64,000 nt of DNA from Candidatus Magasanikbacteria bacterium RIFCSPHIGHO2_01_FULL_33_34 (GCA_001782825.1 MFPS01000009.1:31770-95769), one strand, 5' to 3'; positions 17,986-28,177 are shown, counted from the first letter of the stretch. Made by a program: numbers and translations. Notes: generated by a model from the letters alone, not told the origin.

Positions 17986-19356
17986 TTACTTTATTTTCAC
18001 AAAAAATCTTTTACCTTTTTGGACAATATCGCCTGATTTTACTTGAACATCAATTTTTAAAACTTTTTCATCATTGATTTTTACTCCACCATCATCAATA
18101 GCACGACGAGCTTCTGAGGTACTTTTGACAAATCCAGCTTCTACCAATACTGATACAATGTCTTTTTCTTTTGGTGATAATTCCATCATGCTATCTGGCT
18201 TGTCTTTATTCTGGATTACTTTGACAAAATATTCCTCACCTTTTTTTCCCGATTCTTCACCCAAAAATGCTTTGGTTATTTCATAAGCCAATTTCATTTT
18301 TAAGTCACGCGGATCTGCATCCTTAAATTCTTTTTCTATTTTCTTTACTTCATCCATCCCCACATTAGTACAAAGTTCAAAACCACGCACAATCATATCA
18401 TCAGCCCAAGACATAACTTTCCCATACATTTCTTCAGGTTCATCGTTAAGTGCTATCATATTACCCTCACTCTTGCCCATTTTCTTGCCAGACGCATCAA
18501 CCAAAAGTTTTGTAGTCAAAACAAATTTTTCTTTTCCTTTCATTTTCTTCATTAATTCTCTTCCGGCTAACATATTAAAAGTCTGATCATTGCCCCCAAC
18601 TTCTCCATCTACATCCAGTCTAACGCTGTCATAAGCCTGCATTACTGGATACAAAAACTCATGTAAATATATTGGTTTAGGAGATGTAAAAATTGAAAGT
18701 TTTTTTTCATTATTATTGCTATTAAGCATTTCCTCAACTGTTCTACCACATTTAGAGCACTTTGTAATTTTTGGAAAATCAACACCTTCTGATGTCGTAG
18801 AATTATCAGATAAAGTTGAATATGGTTGGGTAAATACATTATCACAAAAAATACATTTTATCTCTCCCCTATATCTTCTTTCAAACATATCTCTTTCTAA
18901 CATTCTTTGTACAGTAAACTGAGAAGTAAGGTCTATAACATTAGCAAAACTCATCTTTTTAAACCACTCACTATTATATTTGATTTGTGCTGAATTTTTT
19001 CCTTTGAAATTCAAAATGAGCGAAGCTTGTTCCTTATAATTTTTACAATTTTCCAAAACCTGATCTCTTGTTAATACTTGTCTGGCTGATGTTTTGTCAG
19101 TCGGATCACCAATCATACCTGTAAAATCCCCTATCAACATGATAATTTTATGCCCTAAATCCTGAAATTGTCTTAATTTCATCATGGTAATACCATGACC
19201 AATATGTAGAGTCGGCGCAGTCGGATCATAACCGGTATACAGGGTAAGCTGTTCAGTACTTTTTAATTTTGATTCCAAAAACTCTTTATTGGGGTAGATG
19301 TTTTCTACACCTCGCTCCAAAAGTTCATTAATTTTTTGTTGGTCAGTATTTATCAT
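17986..19356 (-). CDS. tyrS: Tyrosyl-tRNA synthetase with an internal Cys4 zinc-ribbon insertion of about 60 aa
   Basis: YTGYDPTAPTLHIGH (HIGH), KMGKSEGN (KMSKS), C-terminal S4 domain. Insert is CIFCDN...CSKCGR. Confidence 0.88.
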   Translation of the reverse strand: MINTDQQKINELLERGVENIYPNKEFLESKLKSTEQLTLYTGYDPTAPTLHIGHGITMMKLRQFQDLGHKIIMLIGDFTGMIGDPTDKTSARQVLTRDQVLENCKNYKEQASLILNFKGKNSAQIKYNSEWFKKMSFANVIDLTSQFTVQRMLERDMFERRYRGEIKCIFCDNVFTQPYSTLSDNSTTSEGVDFPKITKCSKCGRTVEEMLNSNNNEKKLSIFTSPKPIYLHEFLYPVMQAYDSVRLDVDGEVGGNDQTFNMLAGRELMKKMKGKEKFVLTTKLLVDASGKKMGKSEGNMIALNDEPEEMYGKVMSWADDMIVRGFELCTNVGMDEVKKIEKEFKDADPRDLKMKLAYEITKAFLGEESGKKGEEYFVKVIQNKDKPDSMMELSPKEKDIVSVLVEAGFVKSTSEARRAIDDGGVKINDEKVLKIDVQVKSGDIVQKGKRFFVKIK

Positions 19357-19371
19357 ATTATTATTTATTTA

Positions 19372-19736
19372 TGTCATTCCCGCGCAGGCGGGAATCTAGT
19401 TTATTTGCACAAATCATTCCAATTTGGATTATTTTTTTCAATTAATTTAACCTTCCATTCTCTATTCCATTTTTTCATTGCTTTCTCTCTTTTTATAGCC
19501 TCCTCTATATTAACATAATCTTCATAATAAACTAATTTATCTACTCCATATTTTTCTGTAAAACCTTTTATAACTTTATTTTTGTGTTCTAATACTCTTC
19601 TAGTTAATTCATTCGTCACCCCTATATACAAAGTACCATTTCTTTTACTTGCTAATATATATACATAATAAGTTTTTATCATATTACTGGATTCCCGCCG
19701 GAGTTTATCCCCGTGTAGACGGGGGCGGGAATGACA
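19372..19736 (-). mobile_element. Mini selfish element: GIY-YIG nuclease ORF flanked by GC-rich hairpin-forming terminal inverted repeats, inserted in the tyrS-valS intergenic spacer
   Basis: Left end TGTCATTCCCGCGCAGGCGGGAAT (19372-19395), itself a perfect 8-bp hairpin. Right end ATTCCCGCCGG...GGCGGGAATGACA (19691-19736) forms a 9-bp hairpin. The termini are inverted copies (TGTCATTCCC / GGGAATGACA). The element fills the gap between tyrS start (19356) and valS stop (19738) exactly. Confidence 0.65.
19401..19682 (-). CDS. GIY-YIG nuclease family protein (UPF0213/YhbQ-like, 93 aa)
   Basis: YYVYILASKRNGTLYIGVTNELTRRVLEH matches GIY-(10)-YIG-...-R...E. Confidence 0.85.
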   Translation of the reverse strand: MIKTYYVYILASKRNGTLYIGVTNELTRRVLEHKNKVIKGFTEKYGVDKLVYYEDYVNIEEAIKREKAMKKWNREWKVKLIEKNNPNWNDLCK

Positions 19737-19737
19737 T

Positions 19738-22398
19738 CTACATCAAACTTTCTAATTGTTTTTTTAATTTTTCTAATTTTGTTTCTGCTTCTGCCAATTT
19801 TTTCTTTTCTTCTTCTACCACTGCTTTGGGCGCATTGTCTACAAAACCCTTGTTTGCCAATTTGCTGGTTTGTGCTTTGACATACGGTTCAATATTTTGT
19901 ATTTCTTTTTGCAAACGAGCTTTTTCTTTTTCTAAATCTACTGCACCAGATAAGTCTAAATATACTTCATATCCACCAGCTACAAATCCAACCATATTTT
20001 CAACTCCAGATTTTTCATTATTGACATACAAATTATCCAAACGAGCCAATGCGCTAATAATTTTATTATTATCTTTTACCAATTCTACATTTTTGCCAAA
20101 AATATGCGCATTAATTTTTTTAACTGGTTCAATTTTATTTTCTGATCTAATCATGCGTATTTGTTCTACAATATCTTTAATTGCCAAAAAATCAACATTT
20201 ATATCAGTCCTTTCAAAATCGCTAGGCTTGTGAACAAAACTAGGCCATTTCTCAATCATCAATATCTCATTCTCCCCATAAACCTCTGTCCAGATTGCTT
20301 CGGTTACAAATGGCATAAATGGATGCCAAAGTTTCAAAATTGTATTTAAAATATAATTTAATATTTCACTCTTGTCGCTTTCAACTTTTGAAATTTCCAA
20401 ATACCAATCAGCCAAATCTCCCCAGGTAAAGTCTCTTAAATTTTCCCCAGCAAATGAAAAATTAAAATTTGCAAAAGAATCCTCTACTAAAGATTGTATA
20501 TTTTCCAAAGATTCTAAAATCCATTTATCAGCTAAAGTTTTTGCTTTTGGTTTTTTACAATCTACTTTTTGTTCATCAATATTCAACAACATAAATCGTG
20601 AAATATTCCAAAGCTTATTGGTAAAATTGCGAAAACCAGCAATTTTTTCCTCAGACAATTTCATATCATTGCCGGATGTACTACCCAAGAGCAATGACAA
20701 ACGAGTCGCATCAGTACCATACTTCTCTATCATATCTAGTGGATCAATAATATTCCCCAAGCTCTTGCTCATTTTCTTACCAGTTTCATCACGCACCAAA
20801 CCATGCAAATACACTTTTTTAAATGGAATTTCTCCCAAAGTATAGGTAGTCATCAAAATCATACGAGCCACCCAAAAAAACAAAATATCATAACCAGTTT
20901 CCATAACTGAAGTTGGGTGATATTGCATATCAGGAGTATTTTCTTCTGGCCAACCAAGTGTAGAAAAAGTCCACAGACCTGAGCTAAACCAAGTGTCTAA
21001 TGTATCTGAATCTTGTACCCAACCATCACCAGCTGGTGCTTCTAATCCAACAAAAATTTCTTCATTTTTATACCAAACAGGAATCTGATGACCATACCAA
21101 AGCTGACGAGAGATACACCAATCACGCAAATTATCTATCCAATGAAAATAAGTTTTTTCAAATCTCTCTGGAATAATCTCTATTTGTTTATTCTTTACTA
21201 CTGTTTGCATCAACTCTTTTAAACTTACTTCTTGCCCATCTTTTACGCCATCAATTTTGGACTTTTCTAATTTGAATTTTTTATTTACATCTACAAACCA
21301 TTGTAATTTTGGCAAAACTTCTACTACATCTCCAAACCTATCAGAAGTACCAACATTTTGTATTATGTCTTCTTCTTTTTCTAATAATCCTTTTTCTTTA
21401 AGCTCTGCAACTATTTTTGCTCTTGCCTCTACTACACTCAAGCCTGCAAATTTACCACCTTCATTTGAAATCTTGCCATCCTCGCCAATTACTTTTATCA
21501 GTTCAAGATTATGTTTCTGAGCCATTTCATAATCAGTCATTGAATGTGCTGGCGTTACACCAAGCGCGCCCGTTCCAAAGTCAATTTCTACTGCCTCGTC
21601 ACCAATAATTTTTAGTTTCAAACTTTGACCCAAAAAATCAATATCAAAAACTTTGTCTATATATTTTTTGTATCGTTTATCCTTTGGATTCACTGCCACA
21701 GCCGTATCACCCAGTTTTGTCTCTGGTCTGGTAGTGGCAATAGTAAATGGGAAGTTCTCTGAATATTTAAAGGTATATAATTTTGCCTGTCTTTCTAAAT
21801 GTACAATTTCATCATCAGACAATGTACTTTGGCCTTTGGTAGACCAATTGACTGCTCTAAATTTCCTATAAATCAACTCATCGTCCGACATTTTTTTAAA
21901 AACTGTCCGCACTGCCAAATTTCTTTTTGCGTCCAGTGTAAAAGCTTCTCGACTCCAATCCAAAGATGCACCCATTTTTTTGCATTGATTGACAATCGTA
22001 TCATGAGACTCCTTCGCAAATTTATTTACTTCTGCCAGAAATTTTTCTCTGCCTAAATCATGTTTACTCTGACCAGTTTCTTCCAACAGTTTTTTTTCTA
22101 CTTTGGCCTGAGTAGCAATAGCAGCATGATCAGTACCCGGCAACCACAAAGTTTTGTCACCTTTCATTCTATGATATCTGACCATTACATCTTGGATAGC
22201 CAACATTGCCGCATGGCCCATATGCAAATTACCTGTTACATTTGGTGGAGGCAAAACAATTGAAAAAGGTTTAGCTTTTGCGTCTGTTACACCTTTTTCA
22301 ATACAAATATCAGGATTAAAAAATTCGCTGTTTTCCCAGCGTTTGTAGGTATCATTTTCATATTTTTTAGGATCGTAAGCCTTTTCTAATTCTCGCAT
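19738..22398 (-). CDS. valS: Valyl-tRNA synthetase
   Basis: PPPNVTGNLHMGHA (HIGH), KMSKSLGN, C-terminal coiled-coil. Start placed at MRELEKAYDPKKYE; the ORF track extends to 22431. Confidence 0.92.
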   Translation of the reverse strand: MRELEKAYDPKKYENDTYKRWENSEFFNPDICIEKGVTDAKAKPFSIVLPPPNVTGNLHMGHAAMLAIQDVMVRYHRMKGDKTLWLPGTDHAAIATQAKVEKKLLEETGQSKHDLGREKFLAEVNKFAKESHDTIVNQCKKMGASLDWSREAFTLDAKRNLAVRTVFKKMSDDELIYRKFRAVNWSTKGQSTLSDDEIVHLERQAKLYTFKYSENFPFTIATTRPETKLGDTAVAVNPKDKRYKKYIDKVFDIDFLGQSLKLKIIGDEAVEIDFGTGALGVTPAHSMTDYEMAQKHNLELIKVIGEDGKISNEGGKFAGLSVVEARAKIVAELKEKGLLEKEEDIIQNVGTSDRFGDVVEVLPKLQWFVDVNKKFKLEKSKIDGVKDGQEVSLKELMQTVVKNKQIEIIPERFEKTYFHWIDNLRDWCISRQLWYGHQIPVWYKNEEIFVGLEAPAGDGWVQDSDTLDTWFSSGLWTFSTLGWPEENTPDMQYHPTSVMETGYDILFFWVARMILMTTYTLGEIPFKKVYLHGLVRDETGKKMSKSLGNIIDPLDMIEKYGTDATRLSLLLGSTSGNDMKLSEEKIAGFRNFTNKLWNISRFMLLNIDEQKVDCKKPKAKTLADKWILESLENIQSLVEDSFANFNFSFAGENLRDFTWGDLADWYLEISKVESDKSEILNYILNTILKLWHPFMPFVTEAIWTEVYGENEILMIEKWPSFVHKPSDFERTDINVDFLAIKDIVEQIRMIRSENKIEPVKKINAHIFGKNVELVKDNNKIISALARLDNLYVNNEKSGVENMVGFVAGGYEVYLDLSGAVDLEKEKARLQKEIQNIEPYVKAQTSKLANKGFVDNAPKAVVEEEKKKLAEAETKLEKLKKQLESLM

Positions 22399-22473
22399 AT
22401 TTTTAACTTCAGTAATACTAATTTTATACAATTTTGGCTAATAAATCAAGTTTTTATTAATTTTTATGAAAAA

Positions 22474-22489
22474 TTGCTAAAATTAGCAA
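22474..22489. promoter_or_regulatory. Perfect palindrome TTGCTAA-AA-TTAGCAA in the divergent valS/DHH intergenic region (candidate operator)
   Basis: Read directly: 7-bp arms, 2-nt spacer. Confidence 0.3.
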
Positions 22490-22534
22490 AATTTAAAGAA
22501 AAAAAGTTACTTTAAAATAAGTTCCTCTAGGTAA

Positions 22535-22563
22535 TTGACAGTCTGATAAATCTATGTTAATAT
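22535..22563 (+). promoter_or_regulatory. Sigma70-like promoter for the DHH-like gene (TTGACA, 17 nt, TAATAT), very short leader
   Basis: TTGACA at 22535-22540, TAATAT at 22558-22563, ATG at 22576. No Shine-Dalgarno sequence visible. Confidence 0.4.
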
Positions 22564-22575
22564 GCTTAATCAACT

Positions 22576-23721
22576 ATGTCATTCACAAACACTCAACAAA
22601 TCAAACAACTAATAAGTGATAAAAAACAAATACTTATCACTTTTAGTCGCGATGCGTCAATTGACTCAATCTCAAGTGCATTGGCGCTTCTTTTATTTTT
22701 GGAAAAACAAAGTAAACCAGTTGATATTGTATGTGATAATTTTTCTTTGCCAAACCAATGTAAATTCTTAAAACAATCAGACCAAATAAAAAATAATTTT
22801 GATTATTTACAAAAATTTATCATATCCATAGACGTAGAAAAAACTGGTGTGCAAGAATTGAGCTATGACATGAAAAATGAAAAACTCCGAATCTTTATAA
22901 CTCCAAAACAAGGCTATCTTAATCAAGATAATATTAAAACTGCTCAAAGTGACTTTAGATATGATTTGATTTTTGTGGTTGGCACACCGGATTTGGAATC
23001 CTTAGGGTCAATCTATGACAATAATACAGATCTATTTTACAAAACACCGATTATCAATATAGATAATCAATCTGGCAATGAACATTTTGGCCAAATTAAT
23101 TGTATTGATCTTACATGTTCTTCTACGACAGAAATCCTATTTGATTTACTCAAAAATATTGGAGAAGAATATATTGATGAAAATATCGCAACCGCGCTTT
23201 TAACCGGTATAATATCTGAAACAAAAAGTTTCAAAGCAGAAAATATAAAACCATTCACTCTCAATACTGCCAGTAAATTAATCGACATGGGCGCAAATAG
23301 AGAAAAAATTATTAATAATCTATATAGAAACAGAACAATCCCTATGTTAAAACTCTGGGGGAATACTCTTACCCACATGCAAAGTAACAAAAATATAGGG
23401 TTAGTTTGGAGTACTATTACAAAAGATGATTTTACTAGATCAAATGCCAAAGAAGATGATCTACGCGATATAATTGATGAATTAATCAGTACCTCACCAG
23501 AAGCAAAAATAACATTATTGATTCATGAACACACAAATTCAAACGAAAACAAAATTCACGTTATAATAAATTCAAAGAAAAATATTGACCTCAAACAATT
23601 ATTGACCAAATACAAACCAACTGGTTCAAAAGATAAAATATCATTTTTTGTAGAAAATAAAACTCTCAAAGAAGTAGAAGAGGAAATTGTTGAAGAACTA
23701 ATTAAAATAATTAAGGAATAA
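22576..23721 (+). CDS. DHH-superfamily phosphoesterase-like protein (NrnA-like fold) with degenerate catalytic motifs
   Basis: Layout resembles NrnA/DHH-DHHA1 (ILITFSRDASIDSISSALALLLFL ... VVGTPD ... INIDNQSGNEH). The positions of the DxD and DHH motifs read DAS..D and DNQ. Confidence 0.45.
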   Translation: MSFTNTQQIKQLISDKKQILITFSRDASIDSISSALALLLFLEKQSKPVDIVCDNFSLPNQCKFLKQSDQIKNNFDYLQKFIISIDVEKTGVQELSYDMKNEKLRIFITPKQGYLNQDNIKTAQSDFRYDLIFVVGTPDLESLGSIYDNNTDLFYKTPIINIDNQSGNEHFGQINCIDLTCSSTTEILFDLLKNIGEEYIDENIATALLTGIISETKSFKAENIKPFTLNTASKLIDMGANREKIINNLYRNRTIPMLKLWGNTLTHMQSNKNIGLVWSTITKDDFTRSNAKEDDLRDIIDELISTSPEAKITLLIHEHTNSNENKIHVIINSKKNIDLKQLLTKYKPTGSKDKISFFVENKTLKEVEEEIVEELIKIIKE

Positions 23722-23746
23722 TATAAAATACTATCTTTATATTAAT

Positions 23747-25321
23747 TTATACCAACAATGACCTACCCGTCATCTCTGGTGGTATATCTATTTCTAATAA
23801 CTCTAATATTGTAGGCGCTACATCTGCTAAAACTCCAACTGGTTTAATAAGACTCAAATCAGTATCTGGTGGGTCCCCTCCTGGACCAGCTTGGCCACGA
23901 TATTTATTTGCTATAATCAAAAATGGTACTGGATTAGTACTATGTTCTTTATTCATTTCTCCAGTCTGTATATTTAATATCTCTTCAGCATTACCATGAT
24001 CAGCTGTAATCAAAAATACACCATCTTTTGCCAAAACATGCTCAGCAATTGACCCCAAACCTTTATCTACAGACTCTACAGCAAGCAAAACTGCATCATA
24101 ATTTGATGTGTGTCCAACCATATCAGGCGATGCATAATTTAAAAAAATTACATCAAATCTATCTGCCTCAATTGCTTTTACAACTTCTTTTGTAATTTCT
24201 GGTGTAGACATTTCTGGAGCCAAATCATACTTTGCTACTTGTGGCGAAGCAATGATTTGTCTTTCTTCACCTTCAAAAGGTTCCTCAATTGTACCATTCA
24301 AAAAAAATGTAATATGAGCATACTTTTCTGTCTCGGCCACATGAAATTGTTTAAGCCCAGCATCACTTATAACTTGTGTCATACTATTGTGAACCACCAT
24401 TGGCGAAAAAGCGACAACTACAGGAATCTCTTTTTCATATTCTGTCATTGTTACAAAAAATAAATTTTTAATATATTCTCTTTCAAATTTTGCAAAAGAA
24501 GGCAATACAAATGCTTTTGTCAACTGACGAGCCCTATCTGGTCTAAAATTAAAAAAAACAACGCCATCATCATTTTTTATAACTGCTTTAGGTTTATTAT
24601 TAGAGCCTATTACTACTGGCACAAACTCTTCATCAAAAACTTCTTCTCTATATGATGTTTGTATAGCCTCCGAAACATCCTCATAAATTTTTCCTTGACC
24701 TTCTGCCATAGCTCTATAAGCTTTTTCAGTTCTATCCCACCGATTATCTCGGTCCATTGCATAATATCTACCAGATATTGTGGCTATTTCACCAATTTTC
24801 AACTCTTTCATTTTTTTCTGCATTTGCTCAACATAGTCTATACCTCCATTATACAAAGTATCCCTACCGTCCAATATTACATGCAAATATACTTTTTTTA
24901 ATTTATTTTTCTTTGCCAGCTCAAGCAATGCATAACAATGGGTCTGACTAGCATGAATATTCCCTGGACTAACCAAACCAATCAAATGAAGCGCGGATTT
25001 ATTTTGTTTTACATGTTCTGTAACTTTTTTGAAGGCATCATTTTCAAAAAAAGATTGATCACTAATAGATTTATTTATCCGAGGAAATGTTTGATAGTAT
25101 ACCCGACCAGCCCCAATATTGAGATGTCCAACTTCTGAATTACCCATCTCGCCGAATTGCAAACCAACCTCATTTCCAGAAGCATATAATGTCATGGCAG
25201 GATATTCTTTTATAAATTTATCGTAATTTGGAGTTTTGGCATGAAAAATAGCATTCCCCTTAGAATCAGGTGCGACCCCCCAGCCATCTATTATTGCCAG
25301 AACTACTGGTTTTGGTCTCAT
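23747..25321 (-). CDS. gpmI: 2,3-bisphosphoglycerate-independent phosphoglycerate mutase, paralog 2
   Basis: AIIDGWGV, SEVGHLNIGAGR and ITADHGNAEE iPGM blocks, 524 aa. Confidence 0.88.
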   Translation of the reverse strand: MRPKPVVLAIIDGWGVAPDSKGNAIFHAKTPNYDKFIKEYPAMTLYASGNEVGLQFGEMGNSEVGHLNIGAGRVYYQTFPRINKSISDQSFFENDAFKKVTEHVKQNKSALHLIGLVSPGNIHASQTHCYALLELAKKNKLKKVYLHVILDGRDTLYNGGIDYVEQMQKKMKELKIGEIATISGRYYAMDRDNRWDRTEKAYRAMAEGQGKIYEDVSEAIQTSYREEVFDEEFVPVVIGSNNKPKAVIKNDDGVVFFNFRPDRARQLTKAFVLPSFAKFEREYIKNLFFVTMTEYEKEIPVVVAFSPMVVHNSMTQVISDAGLKQFHVAETEKYAHITFFLNGTIEEPFEGEERQIIASPQVAKYDLAPEMSTPEITKEVVKAIEADRFDVIFLNYASPDMVGHTSNYDAVLLAVESVDKGLGSIAEHVLAKDGVFLITADHGNAEEILNIQTGEMNKEHSTNPVPFLIIANKYRGQAGPGGDPPDTDLSLIKPVGVLADVAPTILELLEIDIPPEMTGRSLLV

Positions 25322-25330
25322 ATATATACA

Positions 25331-26905
25331 TTAATCAAATAAGCATTCACCTGTCATTTCCTCAGGCTTATTAATATTCATTAGTTTTAACATAGTCGGC
25401 GCAATATCAGCCAATCGTCCTTTACGCATTTTTACACCTTCCATTCCCTTTTTAACTATAATAAATGGAACTAAATTAGTAGTATGTTCAGTGGAAACTT
25501 CACCAGTATCAGGATTTATCATTTCTTCAGCATTTCCATGATCAGCAGTAATTAAGACTTGTCCATTTTTATTTTCTACAACCTCATCAACTATTTTTTT
25601 AATTTGTTCATCTATAAATTGCACTGCTGTTTGAACAGCATTTAATTCTCCAGTATGTCCAACCATATCTGCATTTGGAATATTCATACAAACAAAATCA
25701 TATTTATCTTTTTGAATATATGAAACTACTCTATCAGTCAACTCTTCAGCATTCATAGTTGGTTTTTCTGCATAAGATCTAATCGAAATTGAATTTATTA
25801 CTTCTCGTTCTTCACCATTTAAAGCTTTAGAGTAACCACCATTTATAAAATAAGTAATATGAGCATATTTCTCTGTTTCAGATATATATAACTGCTTATA
25901 GTTCTCACCAATTGCTTTTGCAAGGGCATTGTCTACATCCGGACTTGGAAATGCCGTAAAAATTCCTGGCAAATCTGGTCCAAAATCAGTCATTGCCACA
26001 AAACGAGTATTTTGAGGAAATTTTGATCTTTTAAAAGCTCCAAGATTTTTCTTTTGAAAATCTGGTTGGACAAAAGCCTTCGTAAGTTGACGAGCTCTGT
26101 CACTTCTTGCATTTATAAAATAAATTGAATCATTATCATTAAATAACCCTACTGGTTTACCATTTTCAACAATAACAGTCGGCTCAATAAACTCATCAGT
26201 ATCCCCTCTTTTGTATGATTCTTTAATAGCATCTTCTGCGCTTGTTGCTATTCTACCTTGCCCTGAAACAATTGCTTCATATGCTTGCCTTGTTCTATCC
26301 CATATTTTATTTCTATCCATAGCATAAAATCTACCCATCAATGTCGCAATTTTCTCATGACTAAGTAAATGTTTTCTCAACTCTTCTAAATGCATCAATG
26401 CACTACTTGAAGCAGAATCACGACCATCAGTAAATAAATGCAAATATACTTTACCTTGACGCTCGCGACGAAAATATTCCAACATTGCAAAAAGATGATC
26501 AGGACATGCATGAGCACTAGAACCATCTGTCAACAATCCAAAAATATGAACAGCTCTATTATACTTTTTTACATGAAAAAGAGCTTGTTTAAATGCCTCA
26601 TTTTTAAAAAATGTTCCATCCTTAATTGATTCTGAAATCAAAACTAAATCTTGTTTTACAATTCTACCTCCACCAATATTCAAATGCCCAGCTTCAGAAT
26701 TGCCCGGTTGACCATCTCTGAGACCGACATCTTTACCAGATGCCAACAATTCTGTACTAGGATATTGTTTCATATATCCAAATATATTTGGGGCTGTCCT
26801 TTGGGTAATACCATTACCTTTTTTGGTCTCATCAGCCAATCCAAAACCATCTAATATAATCAATACGGTCGGTATATTTTTAATTGATGCATCTTTTTTA
26901 AACAT
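25331..26905 (-). CDS. gpmI: 2,3-bisphosphoglycerate-independent phosphoglycerate mutase, paralog 1
   Basis: LIILDGFGL, SEAGHLNIGGGR and ITADHGNAEEM, 524 aa. Directly upstream of paralog 2. Confidence 0.88.
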   Translation of the reverse strand: MFKKDASIKNIPTVLIILDGFGLADETKKGNGITQRTAPNIFGYMKQYPSTELLASGKDVGLRDGQPGNSEAGHLNIGGGRIVKQDLVLISESIKDGTFFKNEAFKQALFHVKKYNRAVHIFGLLTDGSSAHACPDHLFAMLEYFRRERQGKVYLHLFTDGRDSASSSALMHLEELRKHLLSHEKIATLMGRFYAMDRNKIWDRTRQAYEAIVSGQGRIATSAEDAIKESYKRGDTDEFIEPTVIVENGKPVGLFNDNDSIYFINARSDRARQLTKAFVQPDFQKKNLGAFKRSKFPQNTRFVAMTDFGPDLPGIFTAFPSPDVDNALAKAIGENYKQLYISETEKYAHITYFINGGYSKALNGEEREVINSISIRSYAEKPTMNAEELTDRVVSYIQKDKYDFVCMNIPNADMVGHTGELNAVQTAVQFIDEQIKKIVDEVVENKNGQVLITADHGNAEEMINPDTGEVSTEHTTNLVPFIIVKKGMEGVKMRKGRLADIAPTMLKLMNINKPEEMTGECLFD

Positions 26906-26919
26906 AAAAATAAATTATA

Positions 26920-28170
26920 TTACTTTTTAATTTCACTTTCAATTTGCATTAGACGATTATATTTTTCTACTCTTTCACTACGAGACATTGATCCAGTCTT
27001 GATAAATTCTGCATTTACAGCTACGGCAAGATCAGCAATAAATGTATCAGCTGTCTCACCAGATCGATGTGAAATAGAAACTTGATACTTATTTTTTCTT
27101 GCTAAATATATTGCATCAATTGCTTCAGACAATGTACCAATTTGATTCACTTTAATCAATACAGCATTACAAACCCCTTCATCAATGCCCTTTTTTATCC
27201 TAGCAGTATTAGTCACAAACACATCATCTCCTACAAGTATAATTTTTTTGCCAAGATTGCGTGTAAGTTCTGACCAATTCTCCCAATCATCTTCTGACAA
27301 AGCATCCTCAATGGATATAATTGGATATTTTTTTATCCATTCAGACAATAATCGGCCAATTTTATTTGCAGAAGAAGTCTGCTTTTGATTTATAAAATAA
27401 TAATTTCCATTACGATAAAATTCAGAGGCAGCAATATCCATTGCCAAAAATACATTTTTACCAGCTACAAAACCAGCTACTTTTATGGCTAACATCAACA
27501 ATTTGAGTGCCTGCTCATTGTTTAATAAATCTGGAGCAAAACCACCTTCGTCGCCCACTGCTGTATTATACCCTTTTTCTCGCAAAATTGATGCCAATGA
27601 ATGAAAAATCTGTGAGCCCATTCTCACTCTCTCTTTCATTTCTTTATGTATTGGCACTATCATAAACTCCTGAATTGTCAAATTGTTATCTGCGTGTCGC
27701 CCTCCATTGATAATATTCATCGTTGCAACAGGCATTCTCCAACCATTTTCCTTGAGATCATAAACCTTTCTAATATACTTATACAAAGGCATATTAACAT
27801 CATTGGCAGATGCGCGAGCACAAGCAAGAGATACTGCCAAAATTGCATTCGCACCTAATTTCTTTTTGTTAGGAGTACCATCCAATTCAATCATTTTTTT
27901 ATCAATTTCTCTTTGAGAATAAATATTCATACCATTCAATCCATCATTGATCACCGTATTAACATTTTTTACAGCTTTCAAAACTCCTTTTCCGCCATAA
28001 CGCTTGGTCTTATCACGCAATTCAACTGCCTCATGAGAACCAGTAGAAGCACCACTAGGCACAGAAGCCACACCAAATATATTGTTATCCAATATTACAG
28101 TAGCCTCAACAGTAGGATTCCCTCTTGAATCCAATATTTCTCTAGCTGTAATTTTTTTTATTTTGGCCAT
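26920..28170 (-). CDS. eno: Enolase
   Basis: ITAREILDSRGNPTVEA N-terminus and SHRSGETEDT-type C-terminal block (SHRSGETADTFIADLAV). Start chosen at MAKIKKITAREI; the tracked ORF starts at 28191. Confidence 0.92.
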   Translation of the reverse strand: MAKIKKITAREILDSRGNPTVEATVILDNNIFGVASVPSGASTGSHEAVELRDKTKRYGGKGVLKAVKNVNTVINDGLNGMNIYSQREIDKKMIELDGTPNKKKLGANAILAVSLACARASANDVNMPLYKYIRKVYDLKENGWRMPVATMNIINGGRHADNNLTIQEFMIVPIHKEMKERVRMGSQIFHSLASILREKGYNTAVGDEGGFAPDLLNNEQALKLLMLAIKVAGFVAGKNVFLAMDIAASEFYRNGNYYFINQKQTSSANKIGRLLSEWIKKYPIISIEDALSEDDWENWSELTRNLGKKIILVGDDVFVTNTARIKKGIDEGVCNAVLIKVNQIGTLSEAIDAIYLARKNKYQVSISHRSGETADTFIADLAVAVNAEFIKTGSMSRSERVEKYNRLMQIESEIKK

Positions 28171-28177
28171 AACTACT

